Part shown: piece by piece, positions 39,277 through 50,628 of the stretch
Numbering within the stretch: the first letter of the stretch is position 1
Layout: the number at the start of each line of letters is the position of its first letter
Assembly (NCBI GenBank): GCA_963662795.1
Contig: OY759746.1
Location: 544,001-608,000, forward strand
Source: Spirochaetia bacterium
Lineage (GTDB): Bacteria > Spirochaetota > Spirochaetia > CADAEX01
Reading direction: 5' to 3'
Length of the DNA: 64,000 nt
The notes under the pieces: model-generated
What the model was told of the DNA's origin: nothing
The model's input: the letters and a program-made list of their open reading frames with translations, nothing else
Databases searched by the model: none
Translations under genes and position numbers: made by a program

Positions 39277-41091
39277 TTATATATTACCGGCAGGCCTCTT
39301 CAGCAGAACGACACTTAAGGCTTCCGGACCTGCGTTAAGCGAAATTACGGGTGATATCGCGCTTATATAAAGCGGCGGCCCGCCCGCGTGAGAAGCAATT
39401 TCTGCTGCGACATTTTCCGCATCTGTTTCCATGCCGGAATGAACAACAGCATAATCCTCAAGTTCACCAGCATCCGCTGTTTTCTTCACATATTCAATTA
39501 TCTTTCTGTCATTTGTTCTTCTTGAAAAAGCTTTTCCCCAGAGAATTGATTTCCCTTCCCTGTCAACGGAAATTACCGGCTTTAAATTCAGAAGTGAGGC
39601 GGCAAATCCCTTAAGCGGAGAAACACGGCCGCCCCTTACCATATATTTAAGATTTTTTACACTTACATAGTTCCTCGACAGGGGCCTGTATTTCATTATT
39701 TCAGCGACGACATCATCGTGAGCCATCCCCTCTTCCATCAGTTTGCCTGCTTTGGCGACAAGCAGCCCCAGAGAACCGGAGAGGGTAAGTGAATCAATTA
39801 CTTCCAGTTTTTTATCAGGAAAAATTAATGCGGCCTTTCTAGCTGACTGCACAGTTCCGCTTAGATTCCCTGATATATGGATTGAGATCACAGAATCATA
39901 ATATGTAAGGAGGAATGAATAAAGATTTGCAAAAACAACGCTGGAAGGCTGGGAAGTCTTCGGATAGTTCTTTTTACTCTCCATCATGCTGAATACTTTT
40001 TTCCTGCTTATGGTAAGCCGGTCAAGATAAGAGTTTTCCCCGCTTACAATATTTATGGGAACTACATGGATATTGTATCTGTCAAGAAGTTCCTGGGGCA
40101 TATCGCAGGACGAATCTGTTACTATCGCTGTTTTGTGCTTCCTCTGAAAAACATCGCGGTATTCTGAAAGCATGTCGTCAATCTTCTGTTCCGCGACACT
40201 GCCTAAATGTGAAAGTTTTTCAACAAAGCTTTGAGGATCATCAGTATGGAGATGTACCCTCGAAAGATTGCCGGTACCTGTGATAACAAGACAGTTTCCG
40301 CTTCCTGCAACGCTTTGCCTTATTCTCTCCCTTTTAATGTTTTTCCCTGAAAGCAGAGACTCGCAGCAGTATCTGTATTCAGGCGGGACTGATGAATATT
40401 TATGTGCTGACATCTCCTGTATTTCTTCATCCTCATCCAAAGCATTCTGAAATACAATACCTTCAGGATAATCCTTTTTAATATCATCAAAAAAATTCAG
40501 ACACCCCTTTATGAATGCGACAAAGCCGTATCCTCCGGCATCCACAACCCCGGCATCTTTAAGCACGCTGTTCTGATGCATTGTCCGTTCAAGAGCCTTT
40601 TCCGCCGATAAAAGGCTTTCAGACAGCAGTATCCTGAAATTTTCAAGTTTTTGAGACAGGACAAGGGACTCGGCCCAGTTTTCAATTACAGTCAGTATTG
40701 TTCCGTGTCTTGGATTTTCAAGCGCCAACGGCACGACGCCCGCAGCTGATTTTACGGCTGAGGCAAAATCATGTGTGCTCAAAGTACCTATCCCGCTGAC
40801 AGCAAGTGCAAAACCTGAAAAGAATTCGCTTAATATAAGTCCGGAATTGCCTCTCGCTCCCCTGATTACAGCGCCGGCAACTGAAGTCATGGTATTTTCT
40901 ACAGATTTTTCAGCTTTTGAATTTAAAATCATTGATCTCATTGTATTTGAGAGATTGGTACCTGTATCGCCGTCAGCTACAGGAAAGACATTTATTCTGT
41001 TGATATGGTCCTTTTCACTCGAAACACGATGACTTCCCCAGGAGAACATCCTGTGAAGAAAAAAACCGTCAAGCTCTTTGATATCATGCAT
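39277..41091 (-). CDS. DAK2 (FakA-like) - DegV (FakB-like) fusion, fatty-acid kinase
   Basis: INVFPVADGDTGTN, ARGNSG, GVVDAG, VHLHT; then IVTDSSCD, TSQPS, ISGNLSGT, GGRVS. Confidence 0.9.
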   Translation of the reverse strand: MHDIKELDGFFLHRMFSWGSHRVSSEKDHINRINVFPVADGDTGTNLSNTMRSMILNSKAEKSVENTMTSVAGAVIRGARGNSGLILSEFFSGFALAVSGIGTLSTHDFASAVKSAAGVVPLALENPRHGTILTVIENWAESLVLSQKLENFRILLSESLLSAEKALERTMHQNSVLKDAGVVDAGGYGFVAFIKGCLNFFDDIKKDYPEGIVFQNALDEDEEIQEMSAHKYSSVPPEYRYCCESLLSGKNIKRERIRQSVAGSGNCLVITGTGNLSRVHLHTDDPQSFVEKLSHLGSVAEQKIDDMLSEYRDVFQRKHKTAIVTDSSCDMPQELLDRYNIHVVPINIVSGENSYLDRLTISRKKVFSMMESKKNYPKTSQPSSVVFANLYSFLLTYYDSVISIHISGNLSGTVQSARKAALIFPDKKLEVIDSLTLSGSLGLLVAKAGKLMEEGMAHDDVVAEIMKYRPLSRNYVSVKNLKYMVRGGRVSPLKGFAASLLNLKPVISVDREGKSILWGKAFSRRTNDRKIIEYVKKTADAGELEDYAVVHSGMETDAENVAAEIASHAGGPPLYISAISPVISLNAGPEALSVVLLKRPAGNI

Positions 41092-41147
41092 GATTCTTCA
41101 TCCCAAACTGTTTTACCTTTTTAATATGCATCAGTATAATATATATT

Positions 41148-41930
41148 ATGGTATATATAATAACTTTTTTGATAAGTTTTTTAATACAAACAGTGTTTTT
41201 TCTGATTGCATACAGGTTAAAAAGCGACAAATTCACCGATATTACATACAGCCTGACTTTTTTTCTGCTGTCCCTGATTTCACTTTCAGGCAGCCGCAAT
41301 GCCGGATGGCAGCAGGTTGCTGTTTTTTCAATGGTAACACTCTGGGCTTTAAGACTCGGCTCATACCTCCTTTACAGGGTGATAAAAACAGGAAGGGACA
41401 AAAGATTTGACGGGAGAAGGGAGAATTTCAGGGATTTTGCGGCTTTCTGGGCGCTTCAGGCCGCGGCAGTGTGGATTATAATGCTTCCGCAGATATTTTT
41501 TATAACAGGAAGCTTTAAATCAAATTTTCTCTTTTTCTCTGCCGGTGCAATACTGTGGACAGCGGGGCTTATCATTGAAACGGCAGCAGATATACAAAAA
41601 TTCACCTTCAGGAATAAAAAGGAAAATAACGGCAGGTGGATTGAGTCAGGTCTCTGGAAATACTCACGGCACCCCAACTTTTTCGGGGAAACACTTCTGT
41701 GGTGGGGTCTTTTCATTATAATAATACCGCACCTCGAAGGTTTTTCATGGCTTGTTACGGCAGGCCCGTTATTTTTAACTTTTCTCCTTTTATTTGTAAG
41801 CGGAGTGCCGACAGTCGAGAAACAGTCGGAAATCAAATACGGCAGGGACCCGGGCTATATTCTTTATAAAAGAGTTACAGGCATCTTTATCCCGATGCCG
41901 CGCAAAAAAAGGATGAAAGCTGATGGCTGA
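41148..41930 (+). CDS. DUF1295 / steroid-5-alpha-reductase-like membrane protein
   Basis: WALRLG, DKRFD, ADIQK, GLWKYSRHPNFFGE, SGVP..E. Confidence 0.88.
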   Translation: MVYIITFLISFLIQTVFFLIAYRLKSDKFTDITYSLTFFLLSLISLSGSRNAGWQQVAVFSMVTLWALRLGSYLLYRVIKTGRDKRFDGRRENFRDFAAFWALQAAAVWIIMLPQIFFITGSFKSNFLFFSAGAILWTAGLIIETAADIQKFTFRNKKENNGRWIESGLWKYSRHPNFFGETLLWWGLFIIIIPHLEGFSWLVTAGPLFLTFLLLFVSGVPTVEKQSEIKYGRDPGYILYKRVTGIFIPMPRKKRMKADG

Positions 41931-42546
41931 CCTTGCTTCCGTTATTATTCTCTCATATTTCATCGGAGCAGTCCCTTTCGGCTACCTGGCTGGAAAGTTT
42001 TTTAAGGGAATAGACATAAGAAGCAGCGGAAGCGGGAACACAGGGGCGACAAACGCATTGCGTGTACTTGGCAAAAAAAACGGTATCACAGTACTTATCC
42101 TCGATTTTCTGAAAGGAGCTTTCTGCGTGCTTGTAATTTCACGGACAGCCGTTTTTGGAGAAGCGGTCCTCTCCCTGGAATACATAAAGCTGATATCCTT
42201 TGCCGCCGTCTTTATCGGGCACATCTACCCGGTCTATCTGGGCTTTAAGGGCGGCAAAGGGGTAGCTGTCGCGGCCGGAGGCGCCTCGTCCCTCTCCCCG
42301 CTTGTATTTCCGCTATGCACTATCGTTTTTTCCGCCGTACTTATTAAAACAAAATATGTTTCTGCAGCTTCCCTTTCGGCCGCCTGGGCGCTTGTCCTGG
42401 TTTATCCTCTCTCGCTCATATTCAGAGGCCTTTCGTTTTATCCCCTTTATGAGGCGGTTTTTATATCAGCTGCTATTCTTGTTACATATAAACACAGGGG
42501 CAATATCTCGAGACTGATCGGGAAAAACGAGAATCGTATCGGATAA
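41923..42546 (+). CDS. plsY: Glycerol-3-phosphate acyltransferase
   Basis: GSGNTGATN, DFLKG, GHIYP..FKGGKGVA, KHRGNI.RL...E. Confidence 0.95.
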   Translation: MADLASVIILSYFIGAVPFGYLAGKFFKGIDIRSSGSGNTGATNALRVLGKKNGITVLILDFLKGAFCVLVISRTAVFGEAVLSLEYIKLISFAAVFIGHIYPVYLGFKGGKGVAVAAGGASSLSPLVFPLCTIVFSAVLIKTKYVSAASLSAAWALVLVYPLSLIFRGLSFYPLYEAVFISAAILVTYKHRGNISRLIGKNENRIG

Positions 42547-42774
42547 TTTAATACCTAATAATCACTTTCAGGAAAGACCGGCCCATTTAAAAACAACGGA
42601 TTTGACTTCTTTTTTTCTTTTAGCCGGATAAAACCAGACATAAAAGCAGTTGCCTTGAGAAAAGTGTTAAATATTTGTTAAAAACCGGATATTTTTTTAC
42701 CGCATTATTGCCAGAACTATAATTTCTGCTATAGTGTTCAATTATTGAACAATAATAATAAGGAGCAGCTGAAA

Positions 42775-43920
42775 TTGATAGACTGCGGTATATTTTATAA
42801 AGAGCTGATTAAAAACAATATAAATTATTTCTGCGGAGTGCCTGACTCTCTTTTAAAAAACATCTGTGCCTATATTACGGATAATGCCCCGGAAGGGCGT
42901 CATATAATTGCCTCCAACGAAGGTGCGGCAGCAGCGCTTGCCGCCGGGTGGTATCTGGGATCAGGCCGTCCGGGACTCATCTACATGCAGAACTCAGGTA
43001 TAGGCAACGCTGTAAATCCCCTTTTGTCGTTAGCAGATCCTGCCGTCTACAGCATACCGATGCTGCTTTTGATAGGCTGGCGGGGTGAACCAGGTGTTAA
43101 GGACGAACCTCAGCACAAAAGACAGGGAGAGCTGACTCTGCCCCTTCTTGAAACTCTTGGAATTCCATATTCGGTAATCGACGGCAGCTGCAGTGATATA
43201 AAAATAATTATTGAGCGAGCTGTAAAAGAATCTCTGGCAGGACTTAAGCCTTATGCAATTGTAGTTAAAAAGGACACTTTCGCCCCGTACATTAAGGAAA
43301 AACAAAGTGAAGGACCCGGCATCCTTGTACGGGAGAAAGCAGTAATACTTGCAGCTGAACTTGCAGAAAAGGACTGTGCGATTGTATCAACAACAGGAAT
43401 GATATCAAGGGAACTTTATGAATACAGGGAAAATAACGGATTGTCCCATGATTCGGATTTTCTTACAGTAGGCTCAATGGGCCATTCATCGCAGATTGCT
43501 GCCGGTATTGCCGCCTCAAATCCAGGCAGAAAAATATACTGCTTTGACGGCGATGGCGCCGTGATAATGCATATGGGAAGTCTTGCTGTTAACGGAACAT
43601 CGGCACTTTTGAATTTTATTCATATAGTATTTAACAATGCATCGCACGACAGTGTCGGAGGGCAGATGACGGCAGCAGGTAAAATTGACCTCTGCGCGGT
43701 CGCCAGGGCCTGCCGCTATAAAACCGTAATCAGCGCATCGGATGAAAGCGAAATGAAATTGGCGTTTGACACAATCAGAAAAACCGGAGGCCCCTCCTTT
43801 CTGGAAATCAGGGTTAAAAAGGGAGCAAGGGAAAACCTCGGCCGCCCGGCAGCATCGCCGCAGGCACAAAAAAATAATTTTATCCAGTATTTATCAGGTG
43901 AAAAAAGGGAGATTGTATGA
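42775..43920 (+). CDS. aepY: Phosphonopyruvate decarboxylase (ThDP-dependent, Ppd)
   Basis: [52 protein letters not shown] start 42775 after AAGGAG. Confidence 0.93.
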   Translation: MIDCGIFYKELIKNNINYFCGVPDSLLKNICAYITDNAPEGRHIIASNEGAAAALAAGWYLGSGRPGLIYMQNSGIGNAVNPLLSLADPAVYSIPMLLLIGWRGEPGVKDEPQHKRQGELTLPLLETLGIPYSVIDGSCSDIKIIIERAVKESLAGLKPYAIVVKKDTFAPYIKEKQSEGPGILVREKAVILAAELAEKDCAIVSTTGMISRELYEYRENNGLSHDSDFLTVGSMGHSSQIAAGIAASNPGRKIYCFDGDGAVIMHMGSLAVNGTSALLNFIHIVFNNASHDSVGGQMTAAGKIDLCAVARACRYKTVISASDESEMKLAFDTIRKTGGPSFLEIRVKKGARENLGRPAASPQAQKNNFIQYLSGEKREIV

Positions 43921-45227
43921 AAAATAAAAAAACTGTATATGTCGGGATGAGCGCGGATCTTGTACATCCCGGACACCTTAACATTATAAAAGAAGCATCA
44001 AAACTTGGAGAAGTCTATATCGGGCTTTTAACAGACAGGGCGATTGCAGGCTACAAAAGGCTGCCGTACCTTGAATTTGAGCAGAGAAGAATCATTATTG
44101 AGGGATTAAAGGGAGTCAGGCAGGTTATTCCCCAGGAATCGCTTGATTACAGACCCAACCTTGAAAAACTGAAGCCGGATTTTGTGGTGCACGGCGATGA
44201 CTGGAAGGAAGGAGTGCAGAGAGAGACCAGGCAGCAGGTAATTGAAACACTTGATAAATGGGGAGGGGCCCTTGTTGAGATACCGTATACACAGGGAATT
44301 TCCTCCACAAAGCTTAATAAGGCCCTGCGTGAAATCGGCACCACACCCGACCTCAGAAGGGCAAGGCTCCGCAGATTAATAAGCAGCAAGCCGTATGTCA
44401 GAATAATTGAAGCCCACAACGGCCTTACAGGATGCATTGTTGAAAACCTTAAGGCGGAAGTAAACGGGGAAAGCCGTGAATTCGACGGTATGTGGTCAAG
44501 CAGCCTTACCGATTCCACGGCAAAAGGCAAACCTGATATTGAAGCTGTGGATATTTCCTCAAGGATCGCGAATATCAATGATCTTCTTGAGGTTACAACA
44601 AAACCTGTTATTTTCGACGGGGATACCGGCGGTAAACCTGAGCATTTTGTTTATACTGTACGTACCCTTGAGCGGCTCGGTGTATCAGCTGTCATAATCG
44701 AAGACAAGATAGGACTAAAGAAAAACTCACTTTTCGGAACAGAAGCTGAGCAGATTCAGGATACGGTTGAAAATTTCTGTGCAAAGATAAAAGCGGGAAA
44801 ACAGGCCCTTGTTACAGACGATTTCATGATTATTGCGCGGATTGAAAGCCTTATTCTCGCCCGGGGGATGGATGATGCGGTAAAGCGGGCAAAAGCCTAT
44901 ATTAATGCAGGCGCGGACGGGATAATGATACATTCGAAGGAGAAAAAGCCTGATGAAATACTCATTTTCTGCTCAGAATATAACAAAATAAAAGACCGCC
45001 CTCCTCTTGTCGCTGTTCCTACAAGCTACGATACGATATATGAAAATGAACTGGCGGAAGCAGGGGTGAATGTTATTATCTACGCTAATCAGCTTATAAG
45101 AAGCGCGTATCCGGCAATGGTAAATACTGCAAGAAGCATTCTTGAGAACAGGCGCGCTTTTGAAGCAGGGCCGAATTTGATGGCGATCAGGGATATAATT
45201 GAGCTCATTCCGGAATTTAATATCTGA
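43917..45227 (+). CDS. pepM: Phosphoenolpyruvate mutase with N-terminal cytidylyltransferase-like domain
   Basis: Diagnostic [10 protein letters not shown] (EDKx5NS); N-terminal DLVHPGH and VHGDDW; ATGA overlap with ppd. Confidence 0.95.
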   Translation: MKNKKTVYVGMSADLVHPGHLNIIKEASKLGEVYIGLLTDRAIAGYKRLPYLEFEQRRIIIEGLKGVRQVIPQESLDYRPNLEKLKPDFVVHGDDWKEGVQRETRQQVIETLDKWGGALVEIPYTQGISSTKLNKALREIGTTPDLRRARLRRLISSKPYVRIIEAHNGLTGCIVENLKAEVNGESREFDGMWSSSLTDSTAKGKPDIEAVDISSRIANINDLLEVTTKPVIFDGDTGGKPEHFVYTVRTLERLGVSAVIIEDKIGLKKNSLFGTEAEQIQDTVENFCAKIKAGKQALVTDDFMIIARIESLILARGMDDAVKRAKAYINAGADGIMIHSKEKKPDEILIFCSEYNKIKDRPPLVAVPTSYDTIYENELAEAGVNVIIYANQLIRSAYPAMVNTARSILENRRAFEAGPNLMAIRDIIELIPEFNI

Positions 45228-45493
45228 AAATACGGCATCCTGAATGTTCCGGTTTTACAGACAGAGATCACCCCAACAGATAACAACTGAGCATTTTTAC
45301 TTCAGTCAGTTAAATTATCGTTAACTGCCTTTTGCAGTTTATTCCGGATTATTAAAATTGGATTAGTAAACTCAAAAAAATAATACAACATTTATTTTAC
45401 GTATTATGTAATAATGTTTTCTTTTATAAGGTTTTATTTTCATTTTTACCCCATTATTCATAGATTTTTACTTCCTTTTTTTCATTTTCTCAT

Positions 45494-45532
45494 TTAATTG
45501 ATTTTTCACTCAACATTAAAAATGTACTAACA
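45494..45532 (+). promoter_or_regulatory. Putative Pho box upstream of pstS
   Basis: Four hexamers at exact 11-bp spacing (TTAATT, TTCACT, TTAAAA, CTAACA) resembling TT(A/C/T)ACA-N5; AT-rich background. Confidence 0.45.
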
Positions 45533-45581
45533 AGATCATTGCAAATTACATTTGAATTAAATTTTTTCATAAGGAGTAAAA

Positions 45582-46589
45582 ATGAAAAAAACAATTTTGT
45601 TGATGCTGGTTTTACTAACGGCAGCTTATTCCCTGTTTGCCGGAGGCAGCAGTGAAAAAAAAGAGCGCAGCAGTGGTAAAACAGCATGGATTACGGAAGA
45701 TTCGGAAGATGCAATTCTTCCGGGAATTAATCCCCTCAAGGTATCCGGTGATATTGTAACTGCAGGCAGCTCAACTGTTTTTCCCCTGTCGGAGAGAATG
45801 GCTGAGAGATTCAGGGCGGAAGGATATGGCGGCAGCATCACTATAGACAGTATCGGAAGCGGAGCAGGTTTTGAAAGGTTCTGCATTGCGGGTGAGACTG
45901 ATATTTCAAATGCCAGCAGGCCGATGAAGGACTCTGAGGCAGAAAAAGCACGCGCTATCGGCAGAATACCGGTTGAATTCAAAGTAGGCACAGACGCAGT
46001 TGCAGTAGTAGTAAGCAAAAAAAACAGTTTTGCACAGGAAGCGACAAAAGATGAACTGAAAAAAATATTTTCTGATGCAAAAAAATGGTCGGATGTAAGA
46101 AGCAGCTGGCCGGAAAAAGATATTGAAAGGTTCATCCCCGGAACAGACAGCGGAACTTTTGATTTCTTTGTTGAAACCATTTTCAAAAAAGACAACAAAC
46201 CCATGCTTAATGCTGCCAACCTCCAGATGAGCGAAGATGATAATGTTCTTGTACAGGGTATAGAAGGAAGTCCTTACGCGGTAGGATTTTTCGGATATTC
46301 CTACTACAAGGAAAACATGGAGCAGCTTACCATACTCAAAATAGACGGTGTTGAAGCAAGTGATAAAACTGTCGATAACGGAACCTATCTTCTTTCAAGG
46401 CCCCTTTTCCTCTATACAAGTGAAAACATATTAAAGGAAAAACCTCAGGTTGCGGCTTTTATCGCGTATTACCTTACCTATGTAAATGAAGAAATTGGAT
46501 CAGTCGGGTATTTCCCTGCTGCAAAGGATATCCTGTCTGCATCAAAGGTGAAGTGGATGGAGCTTATGTCAGAAAGTCTGAAAAGGTAA
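45582..46589 (+). CDS. pstS: Phosphate ABC transporter substrate-binding protein
   Basis: AGSSTVFP, GSGAG, NASR, DSGTFDFF, SRPLFLY. Confidence 0.95.
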   Translation: MKKTILLMLVLLTAAYSLFAGGSSEKKERSSGKTAWITEDSEDAILPGINPLKVSGDIVTAGSSTVFPLSERMAERFRAEGYGGSITIDSIGSGAGFERFCIAGETDISNASRPMKDSEAEKARAIGRIPVEFKVGTDAVAVVVSKKNSFAQEATKDELKKIFSDAKKWSDVRSSWPEKDIERFIPGTDSGTFDFFVETIFKKDNKPMLNAANLQMSEDDNVLVQGIEGSPYAVGFFGYSYYKENMEQLTILKIDGVEASDKTVDNGTYLLSRPLFLYTSENILKEKPQVAAFIAYYLTYVNEEIGSVGYFPAAKDILSASKVKWMELMSESLKR

Positions 46590-46614
46590 CAACCGGAGTG
46601 AGTCAATTTATAAA

Positions 46615-47550
46615 ATGAAAATTTTTTCTGATATAAGAAAAGAAAAAAGGCTGAGTCTTTATAAAAAGGCCAGGCCTTTTGAGCTTTTTGTTCATCTTCT
46701 TCTTTTCATGGTCACATCATTTTCCATACTTATAACAATTTTTATTGTAATAATCCTCGGAAGGGAATCAATGAGGTTTTTCATGAGCGACAATGTATCG
46801 CTTATCGAATTTCTGACATCGCGGGAATGGCAGCCTGTCATATCAAAATTCGGCATACTTCCCCTTTTTAATGCGACACTAATGACAAGCGCAATTGCCA
46901 TGCTTGTTGCCATACCACTTGGGCTTTTTACAGCCATTTACCTAAGCGAATACGCAAAGCCAAGGATAAAGTCAATCCTTAAACCAGCCCTGGAAGTCCT
47001 TGCAGGAATTCCGACAATAGTTTACGGATATTTCGCGCTGACATTTATGACTCCCCTTCTAAGAATAATTTTTGGAAATGACATTGTTCAAATATACAAT
47101 ACAGCTTCTGCCGGTATTGTAATAGGCATATTAATAATCCCCCTTATTGCGTCAATGTGCGAAGATGCGCTTTCCGCAATCCCGGGAGATCTGCGCGATG
47201 CAGGTACCGGTCTCGGGGCTACAAAACTCGAAGTAACAACAGGAATTGTTATTCCATCAGCATTCTCAGGACTTGCGGCTTCATTCATAGTCGGCATTTC
47301 AAGAGCAATTGGAGAAACAATGATAGTCGCAATTGCGGCAGGGGCAAGATCAAACCTTACATTGAATCCTTTTGAATCTGCCGAAACAATGACAGGCTAC
47401 ATAGTGAGGATCAGCGGCGGAGACATCTCATTTGACACACTTGATTATAACAGTATTTTCGCAATCGGCATGGTGCTGTTTCTAATCACACTGCTCCTCA
47501 ACATGGTCAGCAGAATAATAGTAAAAAAATACAGGGAGATTTATGAATAA
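46615..47550 (+). CDS. pstC: Phosphate ABC transporter permease
   Basis: ELA-type motif LEVLAGIPTIVYG; SRAIGETMIV. Confidence 0.95.
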   Translation: MKIFSDIRKEKRLSLYKKARPFELFVHLLLFMVTSFSILITIFIVIILGRESMRFFMSDNVSLIEFLTSREWQPVISKFGILPLFNATLMTSAIAMLVAIPLGLFTAIYLSEYAKPRIKSILKPALEVLAGIPTIVYGYFALTFMTPLLRIIFGNDIVQIYNTASAGIVIGILIIPLIASMCEDALSAIPGDLRDAGTGLGATKLEVTTGIVIPSAFSGLAASFIVGISRAIGETMIVAIAAGARSNLTLNPFESAETMTGYIVRISGGDISFDTLDYNSIFAIGMVLFLITLLLNMVSRIIVKKYREIYE

Positions 47551-48787
47551 TAATTTCGATCAGAGCTATTTTGAAACAGACATTTCAGGCAGACAGAAAA
47601 AAAACAGGTACTTTATTCTATTGTTTATTGTCGCGTCGGCGACCGGCATCATTTTCCTTTTTATCCTTCTTTTTTCAATTGTGAATAACGCATTTGGAAT
47701 GACAGCGCTGAAATATGAAAAAAATCCTGAAGCTTTCCCGGAACTAAATATAAATATGAAGGAAAGTACCCGTAATGAATTGATAACTTTCCTGACTGGG
47801 AATGTATCCAAAGGTCTTATAAGAAAACTGGAACATGAGAAGCCGCTGATAAAAAGAAATAAAAATGAAATTATCAATCTGATCCATGATGAAATATTCC
47901 GGATCAGGGTAGTAAAAAGCTGGCCGCTATCCGACCTTTTGATAAATAAAAAAAAAATTGAGGAATTTATTAAGGAAAATCCCGGGACAAAACTTGAATT
48001 CAAAAGCTGGATCAACGCTGATTTCATAAAAAACACACAGTCAAGCTTACCGGAAAAGGCAGGGGTTAAGACCGCGCTGCTCGGAACAATCTGGCTTGTT
48101 TTGCTCACGGTTCTTTTTGCATTCCCAATCGGTGTCGCGACAGCAGTTTATCTTGAAGAATATGCAAAGGACAATTTTTTTACCCGGATAGTACAGCTGA
48201 ATATTTTCAATCTGGCAGGAGTACCGTCGATAATATTCGGAATACTGGGGCTCACTGTTTTTGTAAGATTCCTTTCCCCGCTTACAAGCGGCGCGATTTT
48301 CGGTCTTGATGGTTCATCAGGGTCAACCGGAAGGACAATACTTTCTGCAGGAATAACACTTTCCCTCTTAACACTTCCTGTAATAATCATAAATGCCCAG
48401 GAAGCAATACGGGCAGTTCCTTCAAGCCTCCGTAGTTCCAGCTATGGACTAGGCGCCACAAAATTGCAGACGATAATCCACCATGTCCTCCCTGCCTGTT
48501 TTGACAGGATATTGACCGGAACAATTCTCGCAATATCAAGAGCTGTCGGAGAAACTGCTCCGCTTGTTGTCGTAGGAGCTTCTACATTCATTACTGTAAA
48601 CCCGTCAACAATTTTTTCAAAATTTACGGCACTGCCGATTCAGATATATCAATGGACTTCGAGGCCTCAGCAGGAATTCAGAAATACTGCCGCCGCTGCG
48701 ATAATTGTCCTGCTGCTGCTTCTTCTTTCGATGAATACAACAGCCGTAATACTCAGAAACAGAATAAGGAGGAACAGGGAAGCATGA
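47543..48787 (+). CDS. pstA: Phosphate ABC transporter permease
   Basis: [26 protein letters not shown]. Confidence 0.95.
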   Translation: MNNNFDQSYFETDISGRQKKNRYFILLFIVASATGIIFLFILLFSIVNNAFGMTALKYEKNPEAFPELNINMKESTRNELITFLTGNVSKGLIRKLEHEKPLIKRNKNEIINLIHDEIFRIRVVKSWPLSDLLINKKKIEEFIKENPGTKLEFKSWINADFIKNTQSSLPEKAGVKTALLGTIWLVLLTVLFAFPIGVATAVYLEEYAKDNFFTRIVQLNIFNLAGVPSIIFGILGLTVFVRFLSPLTSGAIFGLDGSSGSTGRTILSAGITLSLLTLPVIIINAQEAIRAVPSSLRSSSYGLGATKLQTIIHHVLPACFDRILTGTILAISRAVGETAPLVVVGASTFITVNPSTIFSKFTALPIQIYQWTSRPQQEFRNTAAAAIIVLLLLLLSMNTTAVILRNRIRRNREA

Positions 48788-49596
48788 ATTCTTCTGCTGT
48801 ATTACTTGAAAAGGAAGGTAAAGTTATTTCCGGAATAAAAGTGCTCGAATTAATTGATCTCAATATTTATTACAACAATTTTCCAGCGGTAAAAAATGTT
48901 AATCTTGCGATAAATAAAAACAGTATTACCTCAATAATAGGGCCTTCAGGCTGCGGGAAAAGTACGGTACTTCGTTCCATAAACAGGATGAACGAGCTCA
49001 TTCCAGGATCAACTGCTACCGGACAGATAATATTTGACGGAATAAATATATACGGGAAAAACATTGATCCTGTGGAAATCAGAAGGCGGATAGGGATGGT
49101 TTTTCAGAAACCAAATCCGTTTCCAAAATCAATTTACGAGAATATCGCGTGGGGCGCAAGAATAAACGGTTACAAAGGCAGCATGGACAGTCTTGTTGAA
49201 GAGTCACTCCGAAAGGCAGCCCTTTGGGATGAAGTCAAGGACAAGTTAAAACAAAGCGCAATGAGACTCTCTGGAGGACAGCAGCAGCGGCTCTGCATAG
49301 CCCGGGCCATAGCGCTAAGACCGGAGCTTATCCTGATGGATGAACCTGCATCAGCCCTTGATCCGATTGCTACCTTAAAAATAGAAGAGCTTATGGAAGA
49401 GCTTGCAAGGGAATTTACAATAATTATTGTAACGCACAACATCCAGCAGGCATCAAGAATATCTGACATGACTGCATTTTTTATGGTAGACCCTGGCAGG
49501 AGCGGTTTTCTGGTTGAATATGATAAAACAGAAAAGATATTTTTAAACCCTTCAGATAGAAGAACAGAGGATTATATAACAGGACGGTTTGGATGA
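48784..49596 (+). CDS. pstB: Phosphate ABC transporter ATPase
   Basis: [38 protein letters not shown] overlap with pstA places the start at 48784. Confidence 0.96.
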   Translation: MNSSAVLLEKEGKVISGIKVLELIDLNIYYNNFPAVKNVNLAINKNSITSIIGPSGCGKSTVLRSINRMNELIPGSTATGQIIFDGINIYGKNIDPVEIRRRIGMVFQKPNPFPKSIYENIAWGARINGYKGSMDSLVEESLRKAALWDEVKDKLKQSAMRLSGGQQQRLCIARAIALRPELILMDEPASALDPIATLKIEELMEELAREFTIIIVTHNIQQASRISDMTAFFMVDPGRSGFLVEYDKTEKIFLNPSDRRTEDYITGRFG

Positions 49597-49624
49597 TAAA
49601 ATATCAGTGTAAAATGGAGAATTT

Positions 49625-50281
49625 ATGACAGCAAGAAATAATTTTTATAATTCATTGCAGCATCTCAAAGAAGAAATATCAGACATGGGAAAACTTGTAG
49701 ACACTGCAATAAACAGATCAATAGTCGCACTTAAAAACAGGGACATGATTCTTGCAAATGAACTTGTAGAAGCTGATAAACTGATAAATCAGAAGCAGAC
49801 AGAAATCGAGGATCTATGCGTTATTCTTATTGCACGTGAACAACCTGTCGCGGGGGACCTCAGAAATATCATTACAGCGCTCAAAATAGTTTCAGAGCTT
49901 GAGAGGATGGGAGACCATGCCGGGCATATTGCAAAAGCTGCGATGAGACTGGCGAATGAGGATTATATAAAACCTCTTATCGATATCCCTGAGATGGCAA
50001 GAATTGCCGTTGAAATGCTTGACGGGGCGCTTGAGGCTTACCTTGCGAATGATGCAGATAAAGCAAAGGAAATAGCCCGGCTTGATGATAAAATCGACAA
50101 TCTGCATGAACAGGTACTGAGGGAGCTTTTGACTTATATGATGGAGGATCCCCGAAATATCAGGCAGGCAAACAATTTTCTCTTTATAAGCAGATTCCTT
50201 GAAAGATTAGGCGACCATGTTACAAATATATGCGAGTGTGCTGTATTTTCAAGCAGAGGCGAGCATATACAGCTTAACTGA
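49625..50281 (+). CDS. phoU: Phosphate signalling/transport regulator
   Basis: QPVAGDLR, ELERMGDH, LERLGDH. Confidence 0.95.
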   Translation: MTARNNFYNSLQHLKEEISDMGKLVDTAINRSIVALKNRDMILANELVEADKLINQKQTEIEDLCVILIAREQPVAGDLRNIITALKIVSELERMGDHAGHIAKAAMRLANEDYIKPLIDIPEMARIAVEMLDGALEAYLANDADKAKEIARLDDKIDNLHEQVLRELLTYMMEDPRNIRQANNFLFISRFLERLGDHVTNICECAVFSSRGEHIQLN

Positions 50282-50289
50282 AATGATTT

Positions 50290-50628
50290 TCAGTCTTTGA
50301 AAATATAAAGGATTATTTTTGAAGGCACTGATGAGTCTATGCCGTGGAGAACATTATCCGGGACTGCGATCAGCTCTCCTGACCTCAATGTTTTCCCGGT
50401 ACTTTCACCGATTGATACTGATACCTCACCTTCAATGACATGAATAAGAACTTCTCCGGCCATAGCGTAAGGGCTTATACCTTCGCCGGGGGAAAAAGAA
50501 AAAAAGGTAAATGAAAAATTATCCCGCTGGACAAGCGCCCTGCTAATGATTCCTCCCTCAGTGTATGATACGTAATCTTCAATTTTCTTTACTTCTTTTT
50601 CTTTTACTTTTTTTATGTAAATGCTCAC
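50290..50628 (-). CDS. Cupin domain protein
   Basis: FSF.PGEGIS...., VIEG.V, P.NVLHG; paralogous to the adjacent cupin. Confidence 0.8.
   Translation of the reverse strand: MSIYIKKVKEKEVKKIEDYVSYTEGGIISRALVQRDNFSFTFFSFSPGEGISPYAMAGEVLIHVIEGEVSVSIGESTGKTLRSGELIAVPDNVLHGIDSSVPSKIILYIFKD

Noticed and set aside
43917-45227. Isocitrate/methylisocitrate lyase call for this ORF
   Set aside because: EDKx5NS and the adjacent Ppd identify PEP mutase; the lyase KKCGH motif is absent.
45626-48108. 197-aa and 180-aa antisense ORFs within pstS and pstA
   Set aside because: Antisense shadows produced by codon bias of the real genes.
48652-48783. N-terminal extension of PstB in the ORF track
   Set aside because: Overlaps pstA by over 130 bp. 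ATG 48784 gives the usual ATGA coupling and has an upstream purine-rich RBS.
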